A DNA stretch of 63,611 bases, counting the filler, from Rhizaria sp. SCN 62-66 (lineage: Eukaryota), in assembly GCA_001724265.1 (NCBI GenBank). It is 7 parts of 7 records of this genome, joined end to end, with 100 filler letters (N's around TTAATTAATTAA, not from the genome) between each part and the next. Parts side by side here need not be neighbours in the genome. Positions count along the whole stretch, not along the records: positions 9,921 to 19,675 come from MEDY01000685.1; positions 19,776 to 30,702 come from MEDY01000686.1; 5 more parts are not named here. One strand, written 5' to 3'. The notes under the pieces are model-generated. The model did not search any database and was not told the origin of the DNA. It saw only the letters and a program-made list of their open reading frames with translations. The first letter of the stretch is position 1; each line of letters opens with the position of its first letter. The translations under genes were made by a program, and so were the position numbers. This document shows, one piece after another, positions 12,661 to 24,247 of this stretch.

Positions 12661-14323
12661 TTGTGAGGCTGATCGTCGCTGCTTTGCATCAAACTCGCAA
12701 GCGCGACTTAAGACTAAAGAAATCAATACGAAGAAAAAGAATGGAAATCAAAAGGAAAGGTTTTGTCACAAGAAAATGAGCATACAATAGTGTGGTTGAG
12801 AGTCAAGACTTGGAGGGCCGAGAACGTTGAGTCACGAAAAGCGGGGATTGAATTGAATGATTTAGATTCGCCTTGTTTAGCAACAGATGTTATAGGGCTT
12901 GCTTTTTGTTTGGCTCTGTTTGGTGAACGGTATCGCTGAAGAAATGCTCTCCAATTCGATGTTTAATATAGAAACCAAAGCGGTGTTTGGTGACATGACA
13001 GGACCCAACTGCTTAGTACTGAATTTAACGTAATCCTAAAGTTTTAAAAGATTTTAAAATAAAGAATTCAATACTATATAGTAGGTAGATTTCATGAAAC
13101 ATCTTGAAATGCTAAAAAACGCGACGAAAACTGCACATTCTTTGTCGAAAAGAAGTTTTGACTGCGCCGTGGCCAAGGGGTCGGGCCGAATCCGACTCCA
13201 CGACAAGGCGCAGGCGCAAATGGTTGCGGATTGGGGACTGCTCCAAGTTATCGTGTTTTCTATACACAACTACAATCTTTCACCAGTATACATTGTATTC
13301 TCGATTTAAAACGAGTGTATTCTATGCTATGTATTGTTATCATCTTTGAAAAACCACGTCTGTTGTATACTAACTCAAAATGAAAATAAAATTTTGGAGG
13401 TCCAATTTTCGGACATTGGGTGCATCACTCGTCAAGTCACATATGTCCCTGCTTTTCCAGCGGTGTCTTTCGCGTGTGCAATGCAATACCAACTGTGCTG
13501 TTGCTGTGGTCGGTGTGTTTAAATATACTCAGTGTTTCCATCGCGTTAGCACGTCAAATCGCTCCTTATGCGTGTGCGTGACAACTGTGAGGAGCACGTG
13601 CCACAATGATAGATTCGGGTTATTGATAATCGATTATTGCACGGAAATAATCCAATAACGTTGTTGCTATATAGTACAGTGCCAGAGTAGCAGTTGTTAA
13701 GGCTACCATCACTGGCCAGTGCAGTGCGTATGTCCAAACAGCTCACTCTTCATAGGCAGCAGTCTCAGCAGCCTGATTAGAGTCGCTCGCCGAGTTGTTC
13801 CACGCGCCAGTCGACTCATGCCACTGCAGCACCACAGTCTTGCGTTGATCAACGCCATGAATGCTAAGAGGAGCGACGACAACTGTTCTCAGGCCGTCAT
13901 GCAGTGGCTTCGAGAGCTCATCAGTCAACGCGACTGCAGTGAGAATATTGCTGACCTCACTACGCGCACAGGCCTGCCCTGCATGTCACCCCCAGTTCGA
14001 GCCGTCACTGACCGCTACCGTGGTGCCCTGCGTCGTGCTCTGCGTGCTCTAAGTTCCATTGTCAGGAGCGTTGAGGTCGAACTTATGCAATACTAATAAA
14101 AATGACCCTCTATCTGAAATCACTGTCACTCTCATATGCGTTGTTCCGTCGGCATTGTCGCTCTCCTGTCACGCAGAGCCAGGTGCAGTAGATGTAACGT
14201 CACCCACTATATCTGCCAAAAACCCGTAGAGCTGCGCTAGACCTTGCTTGATGTGCGTCAAGCATGTGTGGTTTATAAGGGGAAATATCCGTCTCGGTTT
14301 GGTGCGACTCTTATCTGGAATGA

Positions 14324-17300
14324 TTACAACGCCAAGTAGATGCCGCAGCGTTCACTGCACGGCCCCGTTATGCAAAGCGACTCAAACAAGCGGATGCGCT
14401 CTTCGGTAAAAGGCGGTGCGTCGTCTTGTAGAATCCTCGGGGAATAATCTTCATCGTGGTTGTCGGAGCTCACAACGCGGCCGACGGGCACAGCCCCTCG
14501 CAACAGATGTGCGGCACACGGCTTAAACACGATGAAAACCGGTGTGTCAGTGTGCAAATTGTAGGAGTTGTAAACCGTGCTGAATTGACACGGCACACTC
14601 GAACGCGGCCGCATCAGCACTGTGCCAGCAGGGTACGTCAGCGTGTCGATGTTGATTGGCACCTTGTACTCGCCAAAAGCGGTATCCGTGTCGGGCATTG
14701 CAATTGGGTGAGAAAAACAGGGTGTTTGGTTATCGTGGCAATAGAGCGTGACGAACGGTGCGTCTGATGGGCGTAAGCCAGGAGGCAAAAAACATGTGTG
14801 TAATGCTACTCCCCTTGAAAACACGTGTAAGGCAAGAGAAAAGTATGCAAGATTACAATCAAGATCACCGTAGCTATCAAAACGATTTCTCCTAACCTTG
14901 ATCTGAAATGTTTTCTTCTGATGATTATTAGGGCCGCAATGACCAAATTGTACATGTACGTTATGATAATCATAAGCCGCTGGTATATGACAATCACTCA
15001 GTTGCAAGCCCATGAAGAGGCGTGCGCGCCGGCGCAACAGAGACAGTGCCGGTAGGGACGGCGCGCCGTTGGCAAACACCGGCACAGGTGCTGGCGCGAA
15101 CACAGGTAATGGCCTAGGTTGAAGTTGAGAGGTGGTGTTGCTGCATTGGTAGTGACTCACCAAACGCCGTGGAAAGCCGTGTTCCTCAAGATCACACGCA
15201 ATGTACGCGTCAAATGCCTCCCTCCAGCCGCCCGCAAAGCCCTGAGCAAAGCGCGCCACGTCTTTGGCCCCGCGCCACCAGTCAGAGTCCCCGGCCTCGA
15301 CGAGCTCGAGGCGGTGCTGGCGCTCGGGGAACGAAAAAAGGCCGCTGCACTCGGGGGCTGCGTGCATCACCAGCAGCTCGCGCAGCACAGGGTTGTCGTC
15401 ACCACCGAGAGTGCAGTCCGCCGCCATCAGAAGGTCGAACACTGTGCAGAACACGTTGTCAGAGCTGTAGAACTTGACGAAGGGATTGGGACGCACTTCC
15501 TCGCCGCGCGCGCGCTGCTCCCGCATGACGTCAGTCTCGGCGCTTGTAATCAGCCGCCGCAACAAGCGCAGCAGTCGCGCCACGGTGTCGCTGTCAACGC
15601 CAATCGGCATGTCAGCGGGTACACCTGCGCTAGATGCAGCCAACTTCACTGTCGACCCTGTCGCTGTTGCGTTGAATCCATCGCGCAGTGTGCCTGCGTC
15701 GCTGGAGTTTATGTTATTGGAATAGCTCCACAGAGCAGCCCAGAGTAATCCGTGCGCTATTACTGATTGAATTTTCTGCAGATCTGGCCTCCACGCAATG
15801 TCATTAAACCCACTACCGTTACCTGCACCAGCCATCTCTTCCTCAAGAGCTGCGTCAGTCACCGGTGCCGTTGCCGGTGCAATCGAGACTACAGTTTGGC
15901 TCACAAGACTTTCGAGTAACCCGATTTCACATCTCAAGCTCTCACGCTCAGCCTTGCACATGTCACGAGACCGATCTGTAACGCGTTTCTGAGGACGCAT
16001 CGCTTTTACAGCCCAAGTAACGAGTGCTCCGGGAACGTACTCCCCCCCGTAGTTAAAGGAGACTGTGAAAACATGCCGTGCAAGCGCATCAGAACTCCGT
16101 ATTAGACGCGCAACCAATGAAATCAAAGCATGATTGTCACGTATACTGTTAGCGGGAATATTTCGATGAGCCAAGTCACACAGTCGTTCCTCTGTGAATA
16201 CGCGCTCTACAATGTTGGGAACAAGGCCTGCGGCACGGTTGAGCAAGAGCAGCATGGAACACCGAGCGTCAAGATTTTCCACGGAAGCGTGGGCAAAGAC
16301 TGCGTCAAAAGCAGGGCTAAGAGCGAAATCTACAAACAGAGCGCCGAGATAATCATCGCAATTTCCACGATTAGTGACATCAATTTCACCGTCGAAGTCG
16401 AGCGAGGTATCGATAATGTTATTACGACACGCTTCGGTTTGAAAGTTGTTGTTGTTGGGGTCATTAATGGTGCTACCATGTGGACTCAAATTCTCCGTCT
16501 CATGCGTGCCAGTGTTGCTTTGATTCAAGTTGTTGATGTGGGACTCGCACTTGAACAAAAAACTCAACAAGGGCATTGCGGAAATGCATATTTTCCTGCC
16601 TTCAACTAAAGGTTGTTCTTTGAGTAGCGTCAACGCCCTCATCATTACGGGTACAACATCCGCGGCGACGGCGAGATGCAGCTGGGAATCCACTGGATCA
16701 CTACCACCGCAGACCGAAAGCATCATCTCGCACCAGATGACAAGAAGATTCTGATACTCATAGACTCGCACATATAAGCCCTGCAATTGACGTGTGACAA
16801 TGCTACGCAGAGTAGCAATTAACGCTGCGATCGTATCAAGTCGTTCTGATGGCATTGTGGGCTTTGCCGAGTACGACTTAAAACACAGCTTGAGCAATGG
16901 GAGTGTAAATAGAGACTCCTCCCCGCAGTCGGACGAGCGAAGCGCGAGTAACAGTGTTGGAAGCGTTCCTGCGTCAGCAAGCCGTACATCAATCGTTTCA
17001 GACCTTGTGCCGATATTAATAAGCTCGGCGGTAAGATACTGATGATACCCAAAGTCCTCCACGAAGTCCGGGACCGACGCTATAGAAAGGAGTGACTGCG
17101 CCACAAATACGATCAAGTCAGACTCGAATAAGATGCCCATCAGCTCATAAAGAGTTTCACTTTTCCCGCGCCGGTTACTGGATTCAATCATATTCACTAT
17201 AAGCCTATCCACCCCTCTATACTCGTTGGCGCTTGCGAGCGACATCACGCTCGCCAAGCCTTGATGCATGACTAGTAAACACGAAGCATCGTCGTCTGAT

Positions 17301-17338
17301 AACATCGCGCAGGCCTTGCGTGGCACAATGCCGGGCAA
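14324..17338 (-). CDS. About 1000-aa hypothetical protein with ARM/HEAT-like helical N-terminal part; 5' end uncertain
   Basis: Long ORF ending in TAA. It shares FxxFxLSPAFDxV...RAAxL...VFT...VARL with the degenerate copy at 29.0-30.4 kb. Confidence 0.75.
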   Translation of the reverse strand: MPGIVPRKACAMLSDDDASCLLVMHQGLASVMSLASANEYRGVDRLIVNMIESSNRRGKSETLYELMGILFESDLIVFVAQSLLSIASVPDFVEDFGYHQYLTAELINIGTRSETIDVRLADAGTLPTLLLALRSSDCGEESLFTLPLLKLCFKSYSAKPTMPSERLDTIAALIATLRSIVTRQLQGLYVRVYEYQNLLVIWCEMMLSVCGGSDPVDSQLHLAVAADVVPVMMRALTLLKEQPLVEGRKICISAMPLLSFLFKCESHINNLNQSNTGTHETENLSPHGSTINDPNNNNFQTEACRNNIIDTSLDFDGEIDVTNRGNCDDYLGALFVDFALSPAFDAVFAHASVENLDARCSMLLLLNRAAGLVPNIVERVFTEERLCDLAHRNIPANSIRDNHALISLVARLIRSSDALARHVFTVSFNYGGEYVPGALVTWAVKAMRPQKRVTDRSRDMCKAERESLRCEIGLLESLVSQTVVSIAPATAPVTDAALEEEMAGAGNGSGFNDIAWRPDLQKIQSVIAHGLLWAALWSYSNNINSSDAGTLRDGFNATATGSTVKLAASSAGVPADMPIGVDSDTVARLLRLLRRLITSAETDVMREQRARGEEVRPNPFVKFYSSDNVFCTVFDLLMAADCTLGGDDNPVLRELLVMHAAPECSGLFSFPERQHRLELVEAGDSDWWRGAKDVARFAQGFAGGWREAFDAYIACDLEEHGFPRRLVSHYQCSNTTSQLQPRPLPVFAPAPVPVFANGAPSLPALSLLRRRARLFMGLQLSDCHIPAAYDYHNVHVQFGHCGPNNHQKKTFQIKVRRNRFDSYGDLDCNLAYFSLALHVFSRGVALHTCFLPPGLRPSDAPFVTLYCHDNQTPCFSHPIAMPDTDTAFGEYKVPINIDTLTYPAGTVLMRPRSSVPCQFSTVYNSYNLHTDTPVFIVFKPCAAHLLRGAVPVGRVVSSDNHDEDYSPRILQDDAPPFTEERIRLFESLCITGPCSERCGIYLAL

Positions 17339-17702
17339 ACGTAGACTAGCCTCGCAAGATTGCTGTCAGTGATGAGGAAGTAACCAGAACCTGTTAAAGA
17401 AGCAGTCGCAAACAATGCCCCCTACAAATGCATGGTGAGTGAGTTCAGACAAGAAAGGATTTCACAGCGACTTTGTCTGGTCATAAAGATATAATTTAGT
17501 ATAATAATAAAATCCGCCGTTTATAAACATTGACATGTCTGAATCCGTGTTCTCGTCTTGTGATAATGTCATGTAGATAAATGTGTTAACTCCGGGACAG
17601 TGCCTGTTAGTCGACCTCACAAGGGGCGATCTAAAACTGAGTGCAAAACCACATTTTCCATCGTCAATCGATCCCGCACTGTTTTTCAAGATATAACGCG
17701 TG

Positions 17703-18332
17703 ATGGTTGTTTCCAAAAAAGATTCTGTTTTTGCACCTGTGCTTGTGGCGCTGCCGTGTGCGCTTTCTCGTTGCCTGGCTTTAAACGTTGCGTTGGAAGG
17801 AGGCGGTGGACTCGCTCTGTTGCTCCCGATCGCGGGACCTTACATCCGCAGCATTCTTTTCGGCACGGACCAGCTGACCACTCCGGTGCTGTTTTGGTTC
17901 TCCGCTGTCGCCGCCTTCTGCGTCGCCGGTCTCGCCACGCTTCACCTCATTCTCCCGACGAACGCAACATCGAAAACAACTACGGGCCCGAGCACCTCAG
18001 CACGTCCCGCCTCTGCCTCGGTGAACGCCAACGCGAACGCCGTCCCGCCTGCACTGCCTGCACTTGTTTCCGCGCCCGTACTGTGCGCGCTGGCCGCGTA
18101 CCACGTCATCGTGACCCTGCTGACCGCTGTCAGCCTCAGCGGTATCGGTCCCGCGCCCGCGCCCGCGTCCGGGCTTCCCACCCTCGCGGCCGTTGTCACG
18201 CTCCTGCTGCACACGGTGGCTGCGGTTGCCACAGGCACAGTCGCTGCGGGCGCGTTGCGGGAAGCCGCAGAGGCGGTTGGGAAGTGCCAGACGGGCGCGA
18301 GGAAGATTGTCAGCAGTCCAAGGAGCGACTAA
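17703..18332 (+). CDS. Hypothetical small multi-pass membrane protein (about 209 aa)
   Basis: ATG to TAA, GC-rich, about 4 hydrophobic segments. Confidence 0.5.
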   Translation: MVVSKKDSVFAPVLVALPCALSRCLALNVALEGGGGLALLLPIAGPYIRSILFGTDQLTTPVLFWFSAVAAFCVAGLATLHLILPTNATSKTTTGPSTSARPASASVNANANAVPPALPALVSAPVLCALAAYHVIVTLLTAVSLSGIGPAPAPASGLPTLAAVVTLLLHTVAAVATGTVAAGALREAAEAVGKCQTGARKIVSSPRSD

Positions 18333-18435
18333 GATTCACCGGGACACTAACTTGATACGATATACATTGCAATTGAGAGTTTTTGTTCGAATAGTTTCAT
18401 TCATACATTGATTCACATCTATAGCTCTATTCTGT

Positions 18436-19675
18436 TTATTTATGTATTTTTGTGTCTGTAACTTTCATTCTTCGGCAATGGAACACCTCCGGGGTAAATC
18501 GTGACCATGATGGTGCCACAGAGTCTTCAACCGAGTTACTGCCTGAACGAAGCACGCCATATATTAATAGAGCAACGAACGTAGCCTCCCTCGCAACTGC
18601 GTCGCGTTGCGAGTTTCCAGCGCGGCTGTGGCGCAGCGCAGCGCGCAGCAGGGGATCGAAGCCTGCCACGGCGGAGTATGACACGAAAGCCCCGTACATG
18701 CATAGCGAGGACACCGCAAAGCACAAAGACAGATATGTCTCGTCAACCACCCCCAGTTTCTGTGCAAAAGCAAGCAAAATGGTGAGTGCGGCAACTTTCG
18801 TCTGGATTGTAAGTAGTGTTGACCGAGAAGCGATTTGTACAATGCGAAACAGTGACAACGTCAGCGTCTTCCGAGGGCAAGTCAAGCAGCATTCGTGCCG
18901 CAACAGCCCGGCCGTCATCGTCTTCACGGGACTCAAACAGCACGTTGTACAGCACCCACGACGTTTCGGCCGCAACAGACCACAAGTTGGATTTCGTAAC
19001 GGCGTTGCATAGCGGTGTGGGTAGCGGAATGAGCGTCTGCAGCATGTGTGACTCGAGCACGCGCGACACCATCGTTGGCCCCTCGGTCAACTAGTTTGAG
19101 AACGTCCACAACAACTCCTTTATCCCAGCAATATCAGTAGGTGCAAGAGAGACAGCAAGCCGCTGCGGGTACTCCAGCGCGGGCGCCGTAAACACGCGCG
19201 CGGGCGTGCCGCCTTCGAGCGCGGCGACGTTGCCGACGAAGCGCAGCGCGGCGACGTTGCCGACGAAGCGCAGCGCTGGCGGATGGTTCGTCTGCCTCCC
19301 GTGCAGCTGTGCAAGCATCAGCAAAAAATGTCGTTACCATGAGCAAAGACGTACTCAAACTTTGCTCCATTACTGTCCTCGCGGAATACATAGCTAATCG
19401 ACCACGGCGTGTCAGTAAGAGCGTCGGACAAGTTAGGAAGTGAGACAAATGTACGGAGTATAAAGGAGCTGGGGTAAGATCGGCATCGTAAGACTAAACG
19501 GCAGCGGTGGCTTAACGCGGAGAAAGTTGCTCAACGTTCAACTAAGAATCTTGTGAGCGGCGACGCGAGCCTGGACAATGCCTCCGTACACGTCCGTCAT
19601 AGAGCGGAACAAGTGTGCAAAGACACCGCGACTTAACGGCAGCACCGTTATCACCGGCCATGTTGCCCAGCGCCC
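18436..19675 (-). pseudogene. Degenerate paralog of the importin-alpha-like ARM gene at 55203-56678
   Basis: Colinear peptides ALGNMAGD, DVYGG, SNFLRVKPPLPF, ALRFVGNVA, MVSRVL, TKSNLWSVAAE. Lesions: frameshifting deletion near 19630, TGA at a Trp position (19538-19540), 27-nt tandem duplication (19218-19271) and further frame changes. Confidence 0.75.
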
Positions 19676-20700
19676 NNNNNNNNNNNNNNNNNNNNNNNNN
19701 NNNNNNNNNNNNNNNNNNNTTAATTAATTAANNNNNNNNNNNNNNNNNNNNNNNNNNNNNNNNNNNNNNNNNNNNATGTTTATATGTAAGGATACCAAGG
19801 AATATGCTCAATTATGCTGTATATCGAAGACTGTATTGAAGGGAAATAAAAATTAAGTTTGTACTTTCCAAGAGCAAAGGGTGCTTACAATCGTCTTTGC
19901 GGAACAGGGCATCGTGATCGCAGTCACAATCGAGTCAAGAGTCACTATGTTCAGAGCTCAACATTTTTGAAATTTGTCGTTTAGCGCGCAAGATTGAGCG
20001 CGAATAGTGCCGCACATGAAAGTCATTCATCCAAGTTTAGCACGGACGCGCACAAGGTGTGTACGTAGGTTCTGAGCGTGTCTTTCCGCAGCAACAGGAG
20101 GACGAGTCGGCAGCGCGCGCGCGCCGCCCACAGCATACATATCATCTATAGATGCCCATGGCAGCGAGAAATCTGCGTGGCAACAGTAGTAATGACGCTG
20201 GTAGTCATGGTTAGACCACGGTCTCCAAGACTAGCCAGGTAGGTTGGATCGGGCGTGAACTCCGAGCGACTCGCGAACACGTCTATTCTGACACCCTCGT
20301 TCATAAAACCACAATGTGATTACTCATAACATAGACATTGTACATTCGTATCTTTTTTCCAATTTAAAATTCCCGCTAAATATGCCTTCTATAGCGATGA
20401 ATCTTGTGGTTCAGGTGACCTTCTTGGAGTGGTATTGCTTGTTCCTCCGTTGGGCTAAACTTACTCTTCAATCCCTGCTTAAAGGACGTTCATGAAAAAC
20501 AACAACGATTCAGGCATTTAGACCGTATCCATATTACTATAATTATTGCTCAAATTCTTGTAACCTCTTTTATCACTCGCTATTGCTACTTAGCTCCTTC
20601 AACCCACTCATTCGGCCCACCAAGGTCAACCACGCTCGACAACACAACCAGCGCTTTACCACAAGCCCCGCTTGCGTGTGCACGCTTGCCAGCGGCCACA

Positions 20701-22426
20701 ATGAGTGACGACGAGTCGACCACGACAGTGGCGTACTTCTTCGCGAACGCCTTCAACGATAACGAGGACCTCTCCGACGGCAGCACTCACGTTGAGCAGT
20801 CCCGCGAAGACAAAGACGGCCGCGTGTCGGACTTGCTCAACGAGGACCGCGACTACAGCGAGACCTTCCAACTTCTCCGTAGCTCCGGACGCAGTATCTC
20901 CTATTTCATGCGCCCCGCGACGCTGGAGAACCTGCGCATCGTGAGCACCCCGTCGAACCCCGAATCGAGCAACGTCTCCGTGGTCCACATCTCGTGCCAC
21001 GCCACGCACGATGTGCTCGAACTGGAACAGAGCACGAGCATGACCTGCGACCGCGTTACGCGCCCGCGACTCCGCGACGCGCTCAGCGGCGATGGCGCCA
21101 TCGCCAGCGCCATGGAAAATCGCGCGCTGGCCAATGGGCAGGCGCCGCCTGCGTCGCGTAAGGGGTGCGTGCCGTACAAGCTCGCCGTGCTGCTCGTGTG
21201 CCACGGCGCCGCGTTCGCGCAGACGTTCCTGGACGCCGGCGCCGAGGTTGTGGTGACGGTGCACCAGGACTACGAGATCAACGATAAGGTTGCGGTCAAC
21301 TTTGCGACGAGTTTCTACGGCTATCTCATCAAAAACGGCATTTCCGTGCGCGCCGCCTTCAACAAGGCCCAGGGCGCTCTGCCGAAGTCCGAGGGCAATA
21401 AATTTGTGCTTTTGGAGTGCAAGGTTAATCACGCGGCCTCGCTGCACCTGTTCAACAGGATCTCGGCTAAGGAGCCCCCCGTGTCGCTCGACGCGCCGAT
21501 CGTGCAGTCCACGTCGCGCCCGCGCCTCATCGGCCGCGACACGGACATGAAGCTCATCACCAGTGAGCTTCACTCGGCCGGGCAGAACGGCGCGACGACA
21601 AACCAGGTTATGGTGTTGACTGGCGGCGCGGGCGTCGGCAAGGCCACGCTGGTGTAGTATCTCGCGCGCCGACTTGAGCTGCGCCGCACATACTGGCCCG
21701 TCGTCGTGCTCGACACGAAGGAGATCATCCAGGCGCTGAGCAACGCGCAGCTGGGCGCCAAGGAGCTCACGCCCGCGGTCGTCAACGCGACACTGCTGCA
21801 GTGCTTCCGGCGCTCGCTGTGCCGCGCGCTGGACATGCAGAGCGCGGCGGAAAACGCCCCCGCGATGCAGCGGAGCATGGAGGACATGTTCAAGATGCAA
21901 GGCTTCCTGCGCTCGCTGATTGAGGCGCAGCCATCGTTCCAGCAGACGCACGTCAACGTGACGCGGTATCCCACGGCGCCGTGCCTCGTGGTCATGCCCA
22001 AGGTGGACAGCATCCTGGTCCAGAGCAAGATGCTGCAGGACACGGTGCTGGCGTGGATCGACTCGTGTCGCCGCAACATCCCGGGCATGTGCTTCATCGT
22101 GACGTGCGACGACCAGCACTACGAGGCCGCCGAGGCCGACTGGAACCGCATTGCAGCACGCGTGTACCACCTGGTTCCGCTGGGCGCAGCGTCGATCCGA
22201 ATCATCATCAACTCCACCATCGCGTCGCAGCCGCTGCGCTTCACCTTCCAAGAGTGGTACAGGGAGCTGGGTGCGCGCGCTGATGCCAAGATCGCCCAGC
22301 TCAATGGCTCCGCCAAGGTCGCGCTCGACATCGCCAACAAGATCTCCCGTCTCAACTCGCACACCGTGCAGGCCTTCGACAAGATGTGGGAGGAAACCTT
22401 CGGCAAACTGCCCCTGGTCGGCGACG

Positions 22427-22463
<37 letters not shown>

Positions 22464-23559
22464 CGGCGGCAGTGGCGGTGACGGCAACAACGGCGGTCTA
22501 GGCCCCAACGGCGGCGGCGGCGGCGGCGGCGTGCCGTCTGCGCACGCGCGCGACTTCAGCGGCGCCCCGTCGACGGGCTCCACCGACGGCAGCACCAACG
22601 GCGCGGGCGAGACCTCGGCGGCCCACCACGCCGCCGTGTCGTATAACAACACCATGGTCGGCAACCGGGGCGCCGCTGCGGACGGCGCCGCGATCGAGGG
22701 CCACTACACCGTGCAGCCCGCGGATATCGCAGCGCAACAGGCGCAGGCGCAGGCGCAGGCCGAGGCTGACGCTCAGGCCGCTGCCGCTGCCGCTGCACAG
22801 GCCTCTTCTGGTGCTGGCGTCGGTGTGGGCGTGCGCAGCGCTGGCGAGCTGTTGGAGCAGCTATCGCGCGACTACGGCCAGTTCCAGGCGGTGTTGGAGA
22901 AGTGCGCCGCGGACGCGATGCCGTGGCAAGACTTCGCAGGCTACCTCAGCAACTGGTTCGTGTACTTCACTGGCGCCGCGCGACCGCTGGACCAGCTCGA
23001 CCTGGAGACGCTGCGCGAGCGGCTTTTTGGCGCGGCGGGCGGCGCCGGCAGCGTCGCCGTGTCTGCGATGGGGCCCGCCGTGCTGGAGGCGTGCAACACG
23101 CTGTTTTTCCAGTTGTTCCACACGGTGGTGCTGCTCAACGACCGCGTGCGCGAGCCGGGCGGCGTGGCGCTGTGGGACGACGGGCTCGTCACGGGCGTGC
23201 GCTCGCGCGGGTTCGTCGAGCAGTGCTTCCACGCCTGGCTCAACACGCCGCAGTGCGCCGCCGTGGGCGTGATGCGCGTCACCGTCTCCGGCGAGGAGGT
23301 CGGCATCGCCGTCGCGGGGTGGGAATCGACGCCGTTGGCCGTCGCAGCCCCGGAGCCGAACTCCGTCCCCGTTGCGCCGGGCATCCAGCACGTGCTGCTG
23401 CAGACGAGCTTCCTGGTCGAGCAGAACGCCGTACCAGTGCTCAGTCTGGTGACGGCCAATGTTGGTGTGCTCAGTCTGCTGACGCTGCGGGACGGCACGC
23501 CGCAGGCTCTGCCCATCACAACGCCGGAGTACCTACTTCAGCAGCAGCAGCAGCAGTAA
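20701..23559 (+). CDS. CHAT (caspase-like) domain + STAND/NB-ARC-like P-loop NTPase + STAT-type linker/SH2; 952 aa reading through TAG 21655-21657
   Basis: CHAT: VVHISCHA...LELE and LAVLLVCHG...INDKVAVNFATSFYGYL...SVRAAF. NTPase: LIGRDTDM and GGAGVGKATLV*YLARRL. C-terminal MPWQDF...RPLDQLDL...LWDDGLVTG...VMR...IQHVLL follows the STAT linker-SH2 pattern. Ends in TAA. Confidence 0.8.
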
Positions 23560-24247
23560 CAGCAGCAACAGTAATAACACTAAAGCGAGAGAAGCATTCT
23601 CGTTATCAATAAGAACGGAAACAAAAATAGCTTTATCGATCAGTGACGAGTCAGCAAAACATTTTTTTACGTCGACTGAAGCTTGAATAGGACTGAGTCT
23701 AGTAAAAGAGAGTGTGATCCTCAGAAGACTATAGCGACGGTGCGGCACACCACAAGTGAACACAACGATACCGTTTTTAACACGAAAGAAGTGATTTCGC
23801 TTCTGAGCAACTTTGCTGGCAGACTGAAGAGGACGAAGTGAGGTCCAATGCCATGCTGAATGACTACATAGAAACGCATAGAAATCGCCGATATGATCGG
23901 CAAAAACAAGACATAGAAAACCAAATGAACCATAGATCAGTAAAATACGACAAATTTATCCTGTACTATCTGTTTATAACGTTTTCTACTAGATAAATGA
24001 TTCTGACCACAAACGCTTTCTGTTCCTCACTATCCGCTGACTTCCGCCCCGCCGCTTGTCATTACGCGGACGTTCAGGAAAATGATAGTTTGGTACCATA
24101 ACCTCCGTCAAATCATCACTACGTTTTGGTATATTGTAAATACACGGTTTTCTGACTGTTTATATTTCCTAACACTTGTTCGTGCGACCTATCTCTCTTT
24201 TTTTATGACACAGCGAAGGACTTCGTCCCTCTCCATCATATTTGTCG

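Noticed and set aside
13094..14096. Short helical-looking ORFs (13094-13309, 13719-14096)
   Set aside because: I could not build a consistent spliced model or recognise a motif; they may be remnants.
23539..23583. CAG6-TAA-CAG-CAG-CAA-CAG-TAA-TAA-CAC-TAA, suggesting TAA is also Gln (ciliate-type code 6)
   Set aside because: TAA sits at the homologous C-termini of the nitroreductase and V-PPase and is never internal in intact genes. This is better read as a CAG/CAA microsatellite running through the stop.
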